IMG/VR virus record: IMGVR_UViG_3300002461_000119
Coordinates: 1-41,690 of that record
DNA length: 41,690 nt
Reading direction: 5' to 3' (one strand)
Source of the DNA: a virus
The notes under the pieces were generated by a model. That model searched no databases, was not told where the DNA came from, and saw only the letters and a program-made list of their open reading frames with translations. This document shows positions 31,701 to 38,736 of this stretch, in pieces (the first letter of the stretch is position 1; the number at the start of each line of letters is the position of its first letter). The position numbers were made by a program, and so were the translations under genes.

Positions 31701-32847
31701 TCCTTTCACACGAATGCTACACGGTATTACCGAAGGTGAAAATCGTAGCCAAATGAGTGCAGCAATGCAAGACCTTGGCGCGACTATTATGAGCAACAGT
31801 CTTGAGGTAGGTGTACCTACAATCGGATCGTTGTATAGTAACTTGACTGGCAACTATGCTCCTGATGGGATTTTCTCGTTGGGAGATACTGGTGCTATTC
31901 AGGAGGATCATGTTGGGTTCTTGCCACAGAATATCGAACAGATGGTGCGGACATTGTTCGCAGCCAACGGTGACACTGTGTTACAAGTTGCACAAGCTAT
32001 GAGTGGAGAGAGTGATGAGCCGTTCAATGACTTTGTGACGAACGTTTACGATGGCTTTAAGAAACGTACGGTTATTGCGAAAAACTTGACTGGTAGTAAA
32101 ACAGCGAACGTTTCGTTTAGTCTTCCTGCGGAGTACGATCGTCAACTTGAAGCAAGCATGGGTGAGTTTATGACTTACTTCCGTGACAGCTTCTTGAGTG
32201 TGAACAGTGACGGTCTTCAAGCAATGGGAACAACAAGTGAAAACGAAGAAGGTCGTTTTGCTCCAAATTACACCAAAGATGAAGGAACGAAAAAGTCACG
32301 CGAGAAGTATCCTGATCTTCCTCAAGACAACTTGATGAATGGTCAACCTGATCTGCCAAGACTGATGCCCGGTCCATCGCAAATGGATGAGCCTGTTAAT
32401 CCGTTATTTCCTATTATTGGACAATTGCTGTATGACACTGTGCAGACTAATGGGATTGGTATCAGTGGTCTTGATGATAGAAATAATACGTATAAAGAGT
32501 ATGTCCAACGATTGCGGAAATATAACGCTGGCGATCGTGCAGCAATTGCTGAGTGGCAACAACAAGTTGCTGATCTTGAGAACCCTGTTGACGACGCAAG
32601 TCAAGAGTTGAAGGATTGGATTGAGAAGTTTGATCTTGATCTGACGAAGTACACAGACCGAGTTAAGCTGATCAATATCATTGAGAATGAGCGCAGTTAT
32701 GTCATTCGTCAAAAGCAAGAAGCAGTCCTTGCGGTTGAGCAAAAGGCTACAGAAATGTTGCGTGAGCAAGGAATGATCGGACCAGAGGAGACATTTGAAA
32801 TCCGTAAACATATGAACCCAATGGATGACAATCCGTTTGGCCACTGA
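28798..32847 (+). CDS. giant internal virion / DNA-ejection protein
   Basis: 1,349-aa ORF closing the structural arm, as in podoviruses with gp16-like core proteins. AGGAG upstream. No catalytic motif recognised by eye. Confidence 0.6.
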   Translation: MTPQEARAEVDRLLKAGEIDQEVAQTMLARYAVTGSIYMQEPEQEIMPEIAAASEAAAEAIDSKKERKAALQDVTSNVTSKSERDLSHIANYPDQYNPAIVEAAQAEIEERARIRGQSFFEALTDPAALSRMGKAALKGPAQTANAIQSALPGLVLGGVGAVTGSETAEDAALNLFEQNMETNQGINELFGTSDALTPMESIMETVSSAAVPGGSLVRAATVATDFSVDQTIRELTDNPDDPYNTIFDRSGVLSPEMEAITISPYIAAPIAIVATGMIAPKMVSVLKGSAAVPTPKLSDVNDFDKFAPTDLQTLETSGDALKAYVVSETTALKDIVERAGVGNIDEIEKTLTLNSHASGAVRAREAMNSGIAEINGKTYKVPVPVRTIYEAAQRLPFEVRKKLEKYLNAKDLLDDVRIAKAKGLPGNHIATEARLLRDIAINAQGIPGLKQFETAFQAATEATRKLLGHDFLEPAQLNYLNANRVHYVPRNLSTVDPEAPFMSRMIQTQKEGMPEIDDWFLMDRGGAGGLDLEAMGNPFEQLAAYTEAALTTVMKNDARKAVVDAVMNSSFGKTTMRLLDPDKDVVEGNVDRLVSVYRNGKKETYITSALQAQLLKFDPYVAKHPTLFAIKRIQEWNMAGLGSVVFAPVTAIRDTIGGLVLRQDGITAGNPLQVAAAVPKQLWARAQQGIATNIYAGLASGKTLIPESVVPRAAQKAYADKISNQYLNSLYHLANQSGGFDGSIMRSNVEFAKNAIGEIKRTLNESAALHHPALDNMVTRFGYRGASAIFDGFAALFDAVQNAPRYAALEQTVKSGKKVQDAVMGARGITGDVAQSGRVFRPDGRVMRGDYADQGVTSYVTPMAGKVVDFARETVPFVNPMIQGTRNLIRSFREDPAGTMGRAWLYVGLPSIAAYSWNEMLGEEYNDYSMSRRSSTDVAMNMYIGIPGRPPEEGVEIPQIHELLLFSSPFTRMLHGITEGENRSQMSAAMQDLGATIMSNSLEVGVPTIGSLYSNLTGNYAPDGIFSLGDTGAIQEDHVGFLPQNIEQMVRTLFAANGDTVLQVAQAMSGESDEPFNDFVTNVYDGFKKRTVIAKNLTGSKTANVSFSLPAEYDRQLEASMGEFMTYFRDSFLSVNSDGLQAMGTTSENEEGRFAPNYTKDEGTKKSREKYPDLPQDNLMNGQPDLPRLMPGPSQMDEPVNPLFPIIGQLLYDTVQTNGIGISGLDDRNNTYKEYVQRLRKYNAGDRAAIAEWQQQVADLENPVDDASQELKDWIEKFDLDLTKYTDRVKLINIIENERSYVIRQKQEAVLAVEQKATEMLREQGMIGPEETFEIRKHMNPMDDNPFGH
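29018..29032. repeat. P17 palindrome copy
   Basis: TTACATCTAATGTAA; the 17-mer 29017..29033 is perfect. Giant protein CDS, read VTSNVT. Confidence 0.9.
31364..31378. repeat. P17 palindrome copy
   Basis: TTACATCCTATGTAA; the 17-mer 31363..31379 is perfect. Giant protein CDS, read VTSYVT. Confidence 0.9.
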
Positions 32848-32853
32848 AAGTTG

Positions 32854-32868
32854 TTACATCCTATGTAA
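32854..32868. repeat. P17 palindrome copy
   Basis: TTACATCCTATGTAA; the 17-mer 32853..32869 is identical to 31363..31379. Between stop 32847 and the bidirectional terminator. Confidence 0.9.
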
Positions 32869-32875
32869 CGAGAAA

Positions 32876-32906
32876 GGCCCCGGAGAAATCCGGGGCCGTT
32901 TTATTT
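32876..32906. terminator. bidirectional terminator between the convergent arms
   Basis: 9-bp G/C stem GGCCCCGGA/TCCGGGGCC, GAAA loop, GTTTTATTT on the + side, and AGAAA before the stem (T-rich when read on the - strand). Confidence 0.75.
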
Positions 32907-33165
32907 ACAGTCGTTCAGTTAAGATCAAACGTGTCGCTCGCCAAATCATAACAGGTTTCTTTGAGTGATCTTTCTTCACTTCAAAGCATTGTACGAGTTG
33001 ACGAGTGTTCCAGTCTTGTAGAATGTTGCGTATCTCTTCTGCTGGAAAGGCACGAGTGCGACACTTGTCAATCAGGGTAGTATGCATCATACCTTCTTGT
33101 TCTGCATTGACGAGGAGAAGCTTGATTTTATTTTTCAACCTCGATCGGTCTCGTATTTGGTTCAT
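32905..33165 (-). CDS. small winged-helix-like DNA-binding protein (tentative)
   Basis: 86 aa, last gene of the minus arm. Pattern LLLVNAEQEGMMHTTLIDKCR...IRNILQDW...LV resembles a wHTH. Start uncertain (38-nt overlap with the upstream ORF). Confidence 0.4.
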   Translation of the reverse strand: MNQIRDRSRLKNKIKLLLVNAEQEGMMHTTLIDKCRTRAFPAEEIRNILQDWNTRQLVQCFEVKKDHSKKPVMIWRATRLILTERL

Positions 33166-33409
33166 CGTCTTCTGTCTCCGTTTGTTTCTCCTTATCTAAG
33201 ATTGCTCCTCTTGCAGAAACGTATTCATATACTTGCTCTGGATACAAGTGGAGGATGTCGTAAAAGTCGTCTAAGTCTACAGAGAGTTGTTTTATTCCAC
33301 CTTTAATTGCTTCGGTGAGTGATAGTTTCGCGTCTTCGAGACGACAAAGATCGAAGTCTTCATAGAAGCGTCCGTCTTTAGTGAGATAGCCAGATACTTT
33401 TTCAGGCAT
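33128..33409 (-). CDS. hypothetical acidic protein (93 aa)
   Basis: ORF track 33128..33457. ATG 33409 preferred (AAGGAGAAAA upstream; ATGCCTGA overlap with the upstream stop). Confidence 0.55.
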   Translation of the reverse strand: MPEKVSGYLTKDGRFYEDFDLCRLEDAKLSLTEAIKGGIKQLSVDLDDFYDILHLYPEQVYEYVSARGAILDKEKQTETEDDEPNTRPIEVEK

Positions 33410-33599
33410 TTGTTTTCTCCTTGTTCTTTTGAAACCAATGAAACCTCGCAGCAACAAGCGCAGTATAGGCTATGTTTCTTGCTTGTTGTTCTCCAATAAC
33501 AGAACCATAATCTCGGAGTATTGCAGCACCAGCGAAGTTTACTTCTTCTGTTGAAACTGTGACAGGTTGTTCTGGCCATCCGTCTTTAGTGTCCATCAC
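33402..33599 (-). CDS. hypothetical protein (65 aa)
   Basis: ORF track. AAGGAGGAC upstream. 4-nt overlap with the upstream ORF. Confidence 0.55.
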   Translation of the reverse strand: MMDTKDGWPEQPVTVSTEEVNFAGAAILRDYGSVIGEQQARNIAYTALVAARFHWFQKNKEKTNA

Positions 33600-33817
33600 A
33601 AGTCCTCCTTCTTACAAAACCAATCTACAACTTGGATCGTCGTTACATCGAATGTAAGGTTTTCAAGTTTCTTGTCGCATTGGTAAGAGAGACAAGATCG
33701 TGGAATTGATTTTGTCTCTCCGTCAAGCATGTAGACAATGACTGACTTCTCTCGGAGACTTTTGATCCCCGAGATTGTCACATCTTTGTAGTTTAAACGG
33801 TCGATGTCGTTGTTCAT
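33596..33817 (-). CDS. hypothetical protein (73 aa)
   Basis: ORF track. 4-nt overlaps on both sides. Confidence 0.55.
   Translation of the reverse strand: MNNDIDRLNYKDVTISGIKSLREKSVIVYMLDGETKSIPRSCLSYQCDKKLENLTFDVTTIQVVDWFCKKEDL
33643..33657. repeat. P17 palindrome copy
   Basis: TTACATCGAATGTAA, perfect. CDS 33596..33817, read LTFDVT. Confidence 0.9.
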
Positions 33818-34353
33818 GAGAGGAAGTCCAACACATAAGCGTCCAGTTTCATTTTGAAGTTACTCGTGCTGTCGTTGTAAACAGTCACACGTTTCACACG
33901 AGGATCAGTGATGTAATAACGGATGTCATTATCAAATGAACAACCATCACGGAAGATTTGAACGATGAGGATATTCCTCGCACCGAAGGCTTTGATCAGT
34001 GGTTCGATCTCTTCGTCACGTCCAGCATCACTAACGATGATTGTGTTCGTGTCAAGTTTCTTGATCTTCCGTGTCATTGCTTGCCCAAGCCAGCTTTTGG
34101 TGAAGGCTTGTGCAATGCTTTCAAACAACATGATCTGAACATCACGATACGAGACACCGAAGTCAAGTGTCTGCTCTTTGATCTTCTCAAGGTCTTCACA
34201 ACTTTCAGCAAGGATTTCGCTTGCCATGATCTTGAGAGGAGAAGAGAGTTTTAGGTGTACAGGATCATCGTCTTTAGTTGCATCCATTAGGTGTGCTGCT
34301 GCGAAGTCTTTACCACTTCGAGCAGGACCATTGAGAAGGATGATTTTAGGCAT
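33814..34353 (-). CDS. deoxynucleoside monophosphate (dNMP) kinase
   Basis: 179 aa. N-terminal P-loop ILLNGPARSGKDF, matching the T4 gp1-type GxxRSGKD signature. Confidence 0.65.
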   Translation of the reverse strand: MPKIILLNGPARSGKDFAAAHLMDATKDDDPVHLKLSSPLKIMASEILAESCEDLEKIKEQTLDFGVSYRDVQIMLFESIAQAFTKSWLGQAMTRKIKKLDTNTIIVSDAGRDEEIEPLIKAFGARNILIVQIFRDGCSFDNDIRYYITDPRVKRVTVYNDSTSNFKMKLDAYVLDFLS

Positions 34354-34591
34354 GTTCTTTGTCCTTGTTTTCGATAAGCCAATCAGTGCTTTCTCGTTTT
34401 AGGTATTCTGGACAGTTTGTCCAGAGACGACGTGCTTGATGAAAAGCTTTCACAACTTCAAACTCTGAAGTGTTTGGAGGAAGTTGTTTTCTTGCCCATG
34501 AAACATCAGAGTTGAGAAACGCTTTATCTCGTTCAGCAATGAAACGGTCTATTTTACGAGTAGTCCACCAATCTTTGAGTTTCTGGATCAT
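34346..34591 (-). CDS. hypothetical protein (81 aa)
   Basis: ORF track. 8-nt overlap with the dNMP kinase start. Confidence 0.55.
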   Translation of the reverse strand: MIQKLKDWWTTRKIDRFIAERDKAFLNSDVSWARKQLPPNTSEFEVVKAFHQARRLWTNCPEYLKRESTDWLIENKDKEHA

Positions 34592-34728
34592 TGCTGTTTC
34601 TCCGCAGGAATTTTTAAGAGTGCCTCGTCTCTTTCATAGGCAATATCTACGATGATCTTAATAAGCTCTGTCTTTTTATAGGTCTTAAGCTTACGACCAC
34701 CATAGACACGATCTTCATCTTTGGTCAT
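34588..34728 (-). CDS. hypothetical small protein (46 aa)
   Basis: Below cutoff. Hand translation MTKDEDRVYGGRKLKTYKKTELIKIIVDIAYERDEALLKIPAEKQQ. ATGA overlaps at both ends. Confidence 0.4.
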   Translation of the reverse strand: MTKDEDRVYGGRKLKTYKKTELIKIIVDIAYERDEALLKIPAEKQQ

Positions 34729-34967
34729 TCCTCTTCCTTTACATCCGATGTAACGGTGATTTCCGTCACAGTGAAGTCACAGTCTTTGAGAGCAAAAGTA
34801 CGGAACGCTTGTTTATCAAGATCGAACGCGTAAAGCATCCACTGATCTTCTGGGTGCCAAGCACTGTGTGTCCAGATGATTTCTTTTGGCTGTACACGTC
34901 GGATAGTTACTTTACCGACATAGTTTGTGTATTTGAATTTCAGTTCGCTGTTATATGCTTCACCCAT
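34725..34967 (-). CDS. hypothetical protein (80 aa)
   Basis: ORF track. C-terminal TVTSDVKEEE contains a P17 copy. Confidence 0.55.
   Translation of the reverse strand: MGEAYNSELKFKYTNYVGKVTIRRVQPKEIIWTHSAWHPEDQWMLYAFDLDKQAFRTFALKDCDFTVTEITVTSDVKEEE
34739..34753. repeat. P17 palindrome copy
   Basis: TTACATCCGATGTAA, perfect. C-terminus of 34725..34967, read VTSDVK. 10 nt before ATG 34728. Confidence 0.9.
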
Positions 34968-34969
34968 GA

Positions 34970-35419
34970 TTAAAACTTTTTACCTCCGTCTTTCATCCGG
35001 TTCTCAAGTTTGTGATCTGCACGACTTGCGTTATATTTAAGCTTTTCAAAGATTGCGTCTCCAATAGGAAGCTTAAATCCTGCGCAGTAATCAAGAATAC
35101 GAATGACACAGTCAGCAAGCTCGACGACTTCATTTTTAAACTCAGGAAGGTGATCATCTTGTCTATCTTTTCGCAATCCTTCAAGGGCTTCGGAAAGCTC
35201 ACTGTGCATAAGAGCAATTGCTTCACCTTTGTTTCGGATAGGCTTACCATCCTCACCACGCTTCCACCATTTCTGATTAAGTTTATGAATGTCATCTGCA
35301 AGGTCTTGCACTTCTTCACAGTGCTGCATGATACATTCACGCAAACCATCAAAGATAGTCTCTGTTACATTGGATGTAACGTCAAGCTGCAAGTCTTGCT
35401 TTTCTGTATGATCCGGCAT
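34970..35419 (-). CDS. MazG-like nucleoside triphosphate pyrophosphohydrolase
   Basis: 149 aa. All-alpha NTP-PPase pattern ALMHSELSEALEGLRK ... EVVELADCVIRILDY ... KLKYNASRADH. Confidence 0.65.
   Translation of the reverse strand: MPDHTEKQDLQLDVTSNVTETIFDGLRECIMQHCEEVQDLADDIHKLNQKWWKRGEDGKPIRNKGEAIALMHSELSEALEGLRKDRQDDHLPEFKNEVVELADCVIRILDYCAGFKLPIGDAIFEKLKYNASRADHKLENRMKDGGKKF
35365..35379. repeat. P17 palindrome copy
   Basis: TTACATTGGATGTAA; the 17-mer 35364..35380 is perfect. MazG-like N-terminus, read VTSNVT. Confidence 0.9.
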
Positions 35420-35603
35420 GTTTCAACTCCTTCGGATTGATTGTGGGAAGTTCCATAGTCCCGGTTACGACATCAACATTAAAGCCACAACGACAGTACC
35501 ATACGAATATGAAGTGATCATCTTTACTTACTGTCATTTGTAGAGGTCTATCACAACATGGACATTTTGGCTTATTGATGTGACTTCGTGGAACGAGTGT
35601 CAT
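35382..35603 (-). CDS. zinc-ribbon protein (73 aa)
   Basis: ORF track. CPCC ... CRC cysteine pairs. 4-nt overlap with the polymerase gene end. Confidence 0.5.
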   Translation of the reverse strand: MTLVPRSHINKPKCPCCDRPLQMTVSKDDHFIFVWYCRCGFNVDVVTGTMELPTINPKELKHAGSYRKARLAA

Positions 35604-38026
35604 ATCTTTGCAGCCTCCAACTTGATCGAAACCATGTTCTCCATGTTGCGAATTTCTTTCTCAGGGTCGCTGATTTTGAGGTCAGCGGGGATGATCATGG
35701 GATTTGTCTTTCCCGTTACAATGGATGTAACCATGATAGGTTTTTCGGCATAGGCTTTTGCAATGGACAAAGCTTTATGTGCGAACTCTGGAGTTGCTAC
35801 ACCCCAGAGAGCGTCGTGAACGTTAGCAACAACTCGCCCATAACGCATGTCCCATCGTTCGTCTTCTTGGGTTTGGTACCAAACTTGAGACACCTTATCG
35901 CCGATTGTGGATTGAGGACGAAAAGCAACGACTGATTTGAGAGCTTCTTCGTCATCAAGGCGATTAAGGAATTGGAGCCTGCGTCCAAGACTGTTAAAAA
36001 GTTGCCTTTTCTTTCTCGCTTCACTTTCTAGTTTCTCCCACCAAACTTTCAGTTCTGGGTTTACTCTGTGATAGGCATAATAGTTCTTGGCAGCGTTACC
36101 AAGAGAAAGACCTGTTGTTTGGGCGAGACGTGCAATCTGCATCCGGTAATTAAGCCCGTGACGACAACGTTTTGCGATATACCGAATAGTGAACTCACCA
36201 TTGATTTCGTCCTTCTTGGGAACTTCATCGTAAGGAACGTTGAACATGGTACTTGCCAAGCTTCTATGTGCGTCGAACTCACCATCCATACGCGCTTTCT
36301 CGAAGTCTTCGACCCACTTTTCGATCCACGCATCCCATCCGACATAACGAGCCTCCGCTTGTGCTAGGTCAAAGTACCAGAAGACGCAGTTGTCATCTGC
36401 GAGGTACATAGCTCTAGCCCGTCGCGGTTGATTTTGCGCATTTCCTCCAGAACCCCAGAGCGTCTGTCCAGAAGAAAGGCGTCCCGGAGCAGAAGTTGTG
36501 CCGAATTGTCTATATTCTGCACGGAAACGGCCGTCTGGGTCAATCTTTGTTTCGACATAAGTGCTAAAGAACTTATGCTCACGAGCGTAGTTGTTGAGAG
36601 CAATGATGACATTCTTGACACTTTCACTCACCCTTGGGTCTTTGAGCCAGTTTTCACGGACCGGTTCCGCCGTGGAACGAGAGGGACTTGAGCAACCGAG
36701 CTTCTCGTAGAAGAGTTGTTTGAGTTGCTTAGGGCTATTTGGATTGACAACCAACTCGTGGTCACCAGTAGCAACGCTAATCGCTCTCTGGAATTTATCG
36801 TATAGGTCTGTGACATCTTTAGAAAGTTCCTTATGTAGACGAAGTTTCTCGTTCATGTCAACCTTGATACCGTCAACAGTTGACTGTGTTAAATGAGGAT
36901 GAAGTCTCATTACATGGGATGTAAAGAATTCGAGAAGGTTCTGCTGTTGCAACTCGACACGAAGTTTGTTTGCAATCGCAAGAGTGATCGCAGCATCTTT
37001 ACAGTTGTATCGCCAAAAACCTTCGATGTCTCCACCTTCTTTGAACACGTCTTTTTCATCCTTGTAGTAAGGATGATCAGTGTATTGTGAAGTTAAGAAG
37101 CCAAGGTTATGAGGAAGGCTAGGATACAAAGTATGATGGGCAAGGAGAGTATCAAAACTAACTCTAAATCGCGCATGATCTTTGAACCCCATGAAGTAAC
37201 TGTCAAAGTTGCCATTTTGTGCGATGACTTCAACGGATTTGTCATCCGTGACTTCAAGGAACTTGCGAAGGATTAGAAACTCTTCTTCTGGTGTATAGAC
37301 ATTGGTGCTTTTGTCGCGGAAAGCGATACACATCGCCTCGTCTTCTTTATACGCAACGCCGATGCAAGCTGTCTCCATACCGATGACTTCGATGTCAACG
37401 GAGATTGTTTTATGTAAACGACATTGTTCAAGATAATTGAGTGCCTCGTCACAGGTCGGGTAAAGGATCGAGTGTATAACCGGGACATGAAAGTCTCCAT
37501 CAAGAACACGTTTTGCTTTGTCCATGTCCATGAGAAAGACAATCTCAAGGGATGGATCACGAAGGATCATAGCGGGATTGTTAGATACCAGTACAGGAAT
37601 GTCACCGTAACTATAGACAGAACCACGAAGAGTTGATACGCCCTCAGTACCCAAGAGCGCTGCGATAGCCGTGTTGCCAAGAGCAATAATAAGCTTGCAA
37701 TTATGAAGGTGACTAAGCTCATATTGCAGTGCCTCCTTCCATAGTTCAAACTCAACTTGATTGACACTTGTATTCGGTGTAACGCGACGCTTGATGACAT
37801 TCGTCACGTAGCAATGAGTACGAAGAATGCCAAAGCGACGAAGGGCATTCCACAAATGTTTACCAGCAGCACCCATAAACGGTTTGTTGTAAGCAACTTC
37901 TTGCTCACCTGGATACTCGGATACGATAACGATTTCTGCATCATCATCGCCATCCATAGCGCATTGAATATCTAGTCCGTACGATGCTGTGTGTTCAGCG
38001 AAACGAATGAATTGCGATGTTGACAT
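35600..38026 (-). CDS. family-A DNA polymerase with N-terminal family-4-UDG-like domain and 3'-5' exonuclease
   Basis: ORF track 35600..38110. ATG 38026 preferred (AAGGAG 7 nt upstream). UDG-like SEYPGEQE...PFMGAAGKHL...NPAMILR. Exo motif ISVDIEV. Pol motifs FDLAQAEARY (A), RYIAKRCRHGLNY (B), VANVHDAL (C). Confidence 0.85.
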   Translation of the reverse strand: MSTSQFIRFAEHTASYGLDIQCAMDGDDDAEIVIVSEYPGEQEVAYNKPFMGAAGKHLWNALRRFGILRTHCYVTNVIKRRVTPNTSVNQVEFELWKEALQYELSHLHNCKLIIALGNTAIAALLGTEGVSTLRGSVYSYGDIPVLVSNNPAMILRDPSLEIVFLMDMDKAKRVLDGDFHVPVIHSILYPTCDEALNYLEQCRLHKTISVDIEVIGMETACIGVAYKEDEAMCIAFRDKSTNVYTPEEEFLILRKFLEVTDDKSVEVIAQNGNFDSYFMGFKDHARFRVSFDTLLAHHTLYPSLPHNLGFLTSQYTDHPYYKDEKDVFKEGGDIEGFWRYNCKDAAITLAIANKLRVELQQQNLLEFFTSHVMRLHPHLTQSTVDGIKVDMNEKLRLHKELSKDVTDLYDKFQRAISVATGDHELVVNPNSPKQLKQLFYEKLGCSSPSRSTAEPVRENWLKDPRVSESVKNVIIALNNYAREHKFFSTYVETKIDPDGRFRAEYRQFGTTSAPGRLSSGQTLWGSGGNAQNQPRRARAMYLADDNCVFWYFDLAQAEARYVGWDAWIEKWVEDFEKARMDGEFDAHRSLASTMFNVPYDEVPKKDEINGEFTIRYIAKRCRHGLNYRMQIARLAQTTGLSLGNAAKNYYAYHRVNPELKVWWEKLESEARKKRQLFNSLGRRLQFLNRLDDEEALKSVVAFRPQSTIGDKVSQVWYQTQEDERWDMRYGRVVANVHDALWGVATPEFAHKALSIAKAYAEKPIMVTSIVTGKTNPMIIPADLKISDPEKEIRNMENMVSIKLEAAKI
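35716..35730. repeat. P17 palindrome copy
   Basis: TTACAATGGATGTAA, 1 mismatch. Polymerase C-terminal tail, read VTSIVT. Confidence 0.75.
36910..36924. repeat. P17 palindrome copy
   Basis: TTACATGGGATGTAA, perfect. Polymerase CDS, read FTSHVM. Confidence 0.9.
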
Positions 38027-38198
38027 GTTTTGGCTCCTTAAGTTTTGTCTTGAAGAAGGCGATACGATGAACAGGTATCTTGAGTTTTGTTGATGTAGCA
38101 ACTTCACCAACGAATGCAGAATAACGAAGCACTTCGTTGATGTCGTAACAACCGTAGCTGTCTACTTTCGGCGGGTCTGGAATTGCCAATTGTGGCAT
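37995..38198 (-). CDS. hypothetical protein (67 aa)
   Basis: ORF track. AAAGGAG 8 nt upstream. Overlaps both neighbours out of frame. Confidence 0.45.
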   Translation of the reverse strand: MPQLAIPDPPKVDSYGCYDINEVLRYSAFVGEVATSTKLKIPVHRIAFFKTKLKEPKHVNIAIHSFR

Positions 38199-38476
38199 CT
38201 TGCATACTCCTTTCGAGTGTCATCTTTATGACGTTTGATTACATCGGATGTAGTGTGTCGAGAAAGTCCAGTAAGCTCCATTAACTGTTTCGGTGTTGCA
38301 AAATATGGAGCAGAAAGGACAATTCTACAAAACTCGTACATGATCTTTGAAGAATGATCCTTTGGAATGTCATAACGAGCGATGTCCTCTTGGAAGTAAA
38401 TGGTGGCAGCAGCACGGAATAACCGTGCTGCCTCCGCATTGTTGAGGTTAAAGGAGATTGGGCTTTTTGTCAACAA
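38162..38476 (-). CDS. helix-turn-helix DNA-binding protein
   Basis: 104 aa (TTG start after GGAGAG). Classic HTH TPKQLMELTGLSRHTTSDVIKR. The recognition-helix codons are themselves a P17 copy. Confidence 0.6.
   Translation of the reverse strand: MLTKSPISFNLNNAEAARLFRAAATIYFQEDIARYDIPKDHSSKIMYEFCRIVLSAPYFATPKQLMELTGLSRHTTSDVIKRHKDDTRKEYARCHNWQFQTRRK
38239..38253. repeat. P17 palindrome copy
   Basis: TTACATCGGATGTAG, 1 mismatch. Codons of the HTH recognition helix, read TTSDVI. Confidence 0.75.
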
Positions 38477-38726
38477 TTTGCTCTCCTTTGAAAGCAGCTT
38501 TTAGTTTCGCCACTTCGTCGTCGATGTATTTGCCCATCTTTTCTACTTGTTCAGGTGTGTATTCGTAAGAAGGGCCTGCGCAATTGCGAAGGACCTGCAA
38601 CGATTTAAGCACATTCTCAAGACGAGAAGACGCGATGCGAGAGAATTTTTGTGCAGGACTTTCGCTCGTGGTAGCCAAGTCTTCTGCCGCTTCAAGCTCT
38701 TCTTTAGTGTGTCCATCATTAGCCAT
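38448..38726 (-). CDS. hypothetical protein (92 aa)
   Basis: ORF track 38448..38852. ATG 38726 preferred (GAGGAGAAC upstream, 10 nt after the upstream stop). Confidence 0.55.
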   Translation of the reverse strand: MANDGHTKEELEAAEDLATTSESPAQKFSRIASSRLENVLKSLQVLRNCAGPSYEYTPEQVEKMGKYIDDEVAKLKAAFKGEQIVDKKPNLL

Positions 38727-38736
38727 TTTGTTCTCC

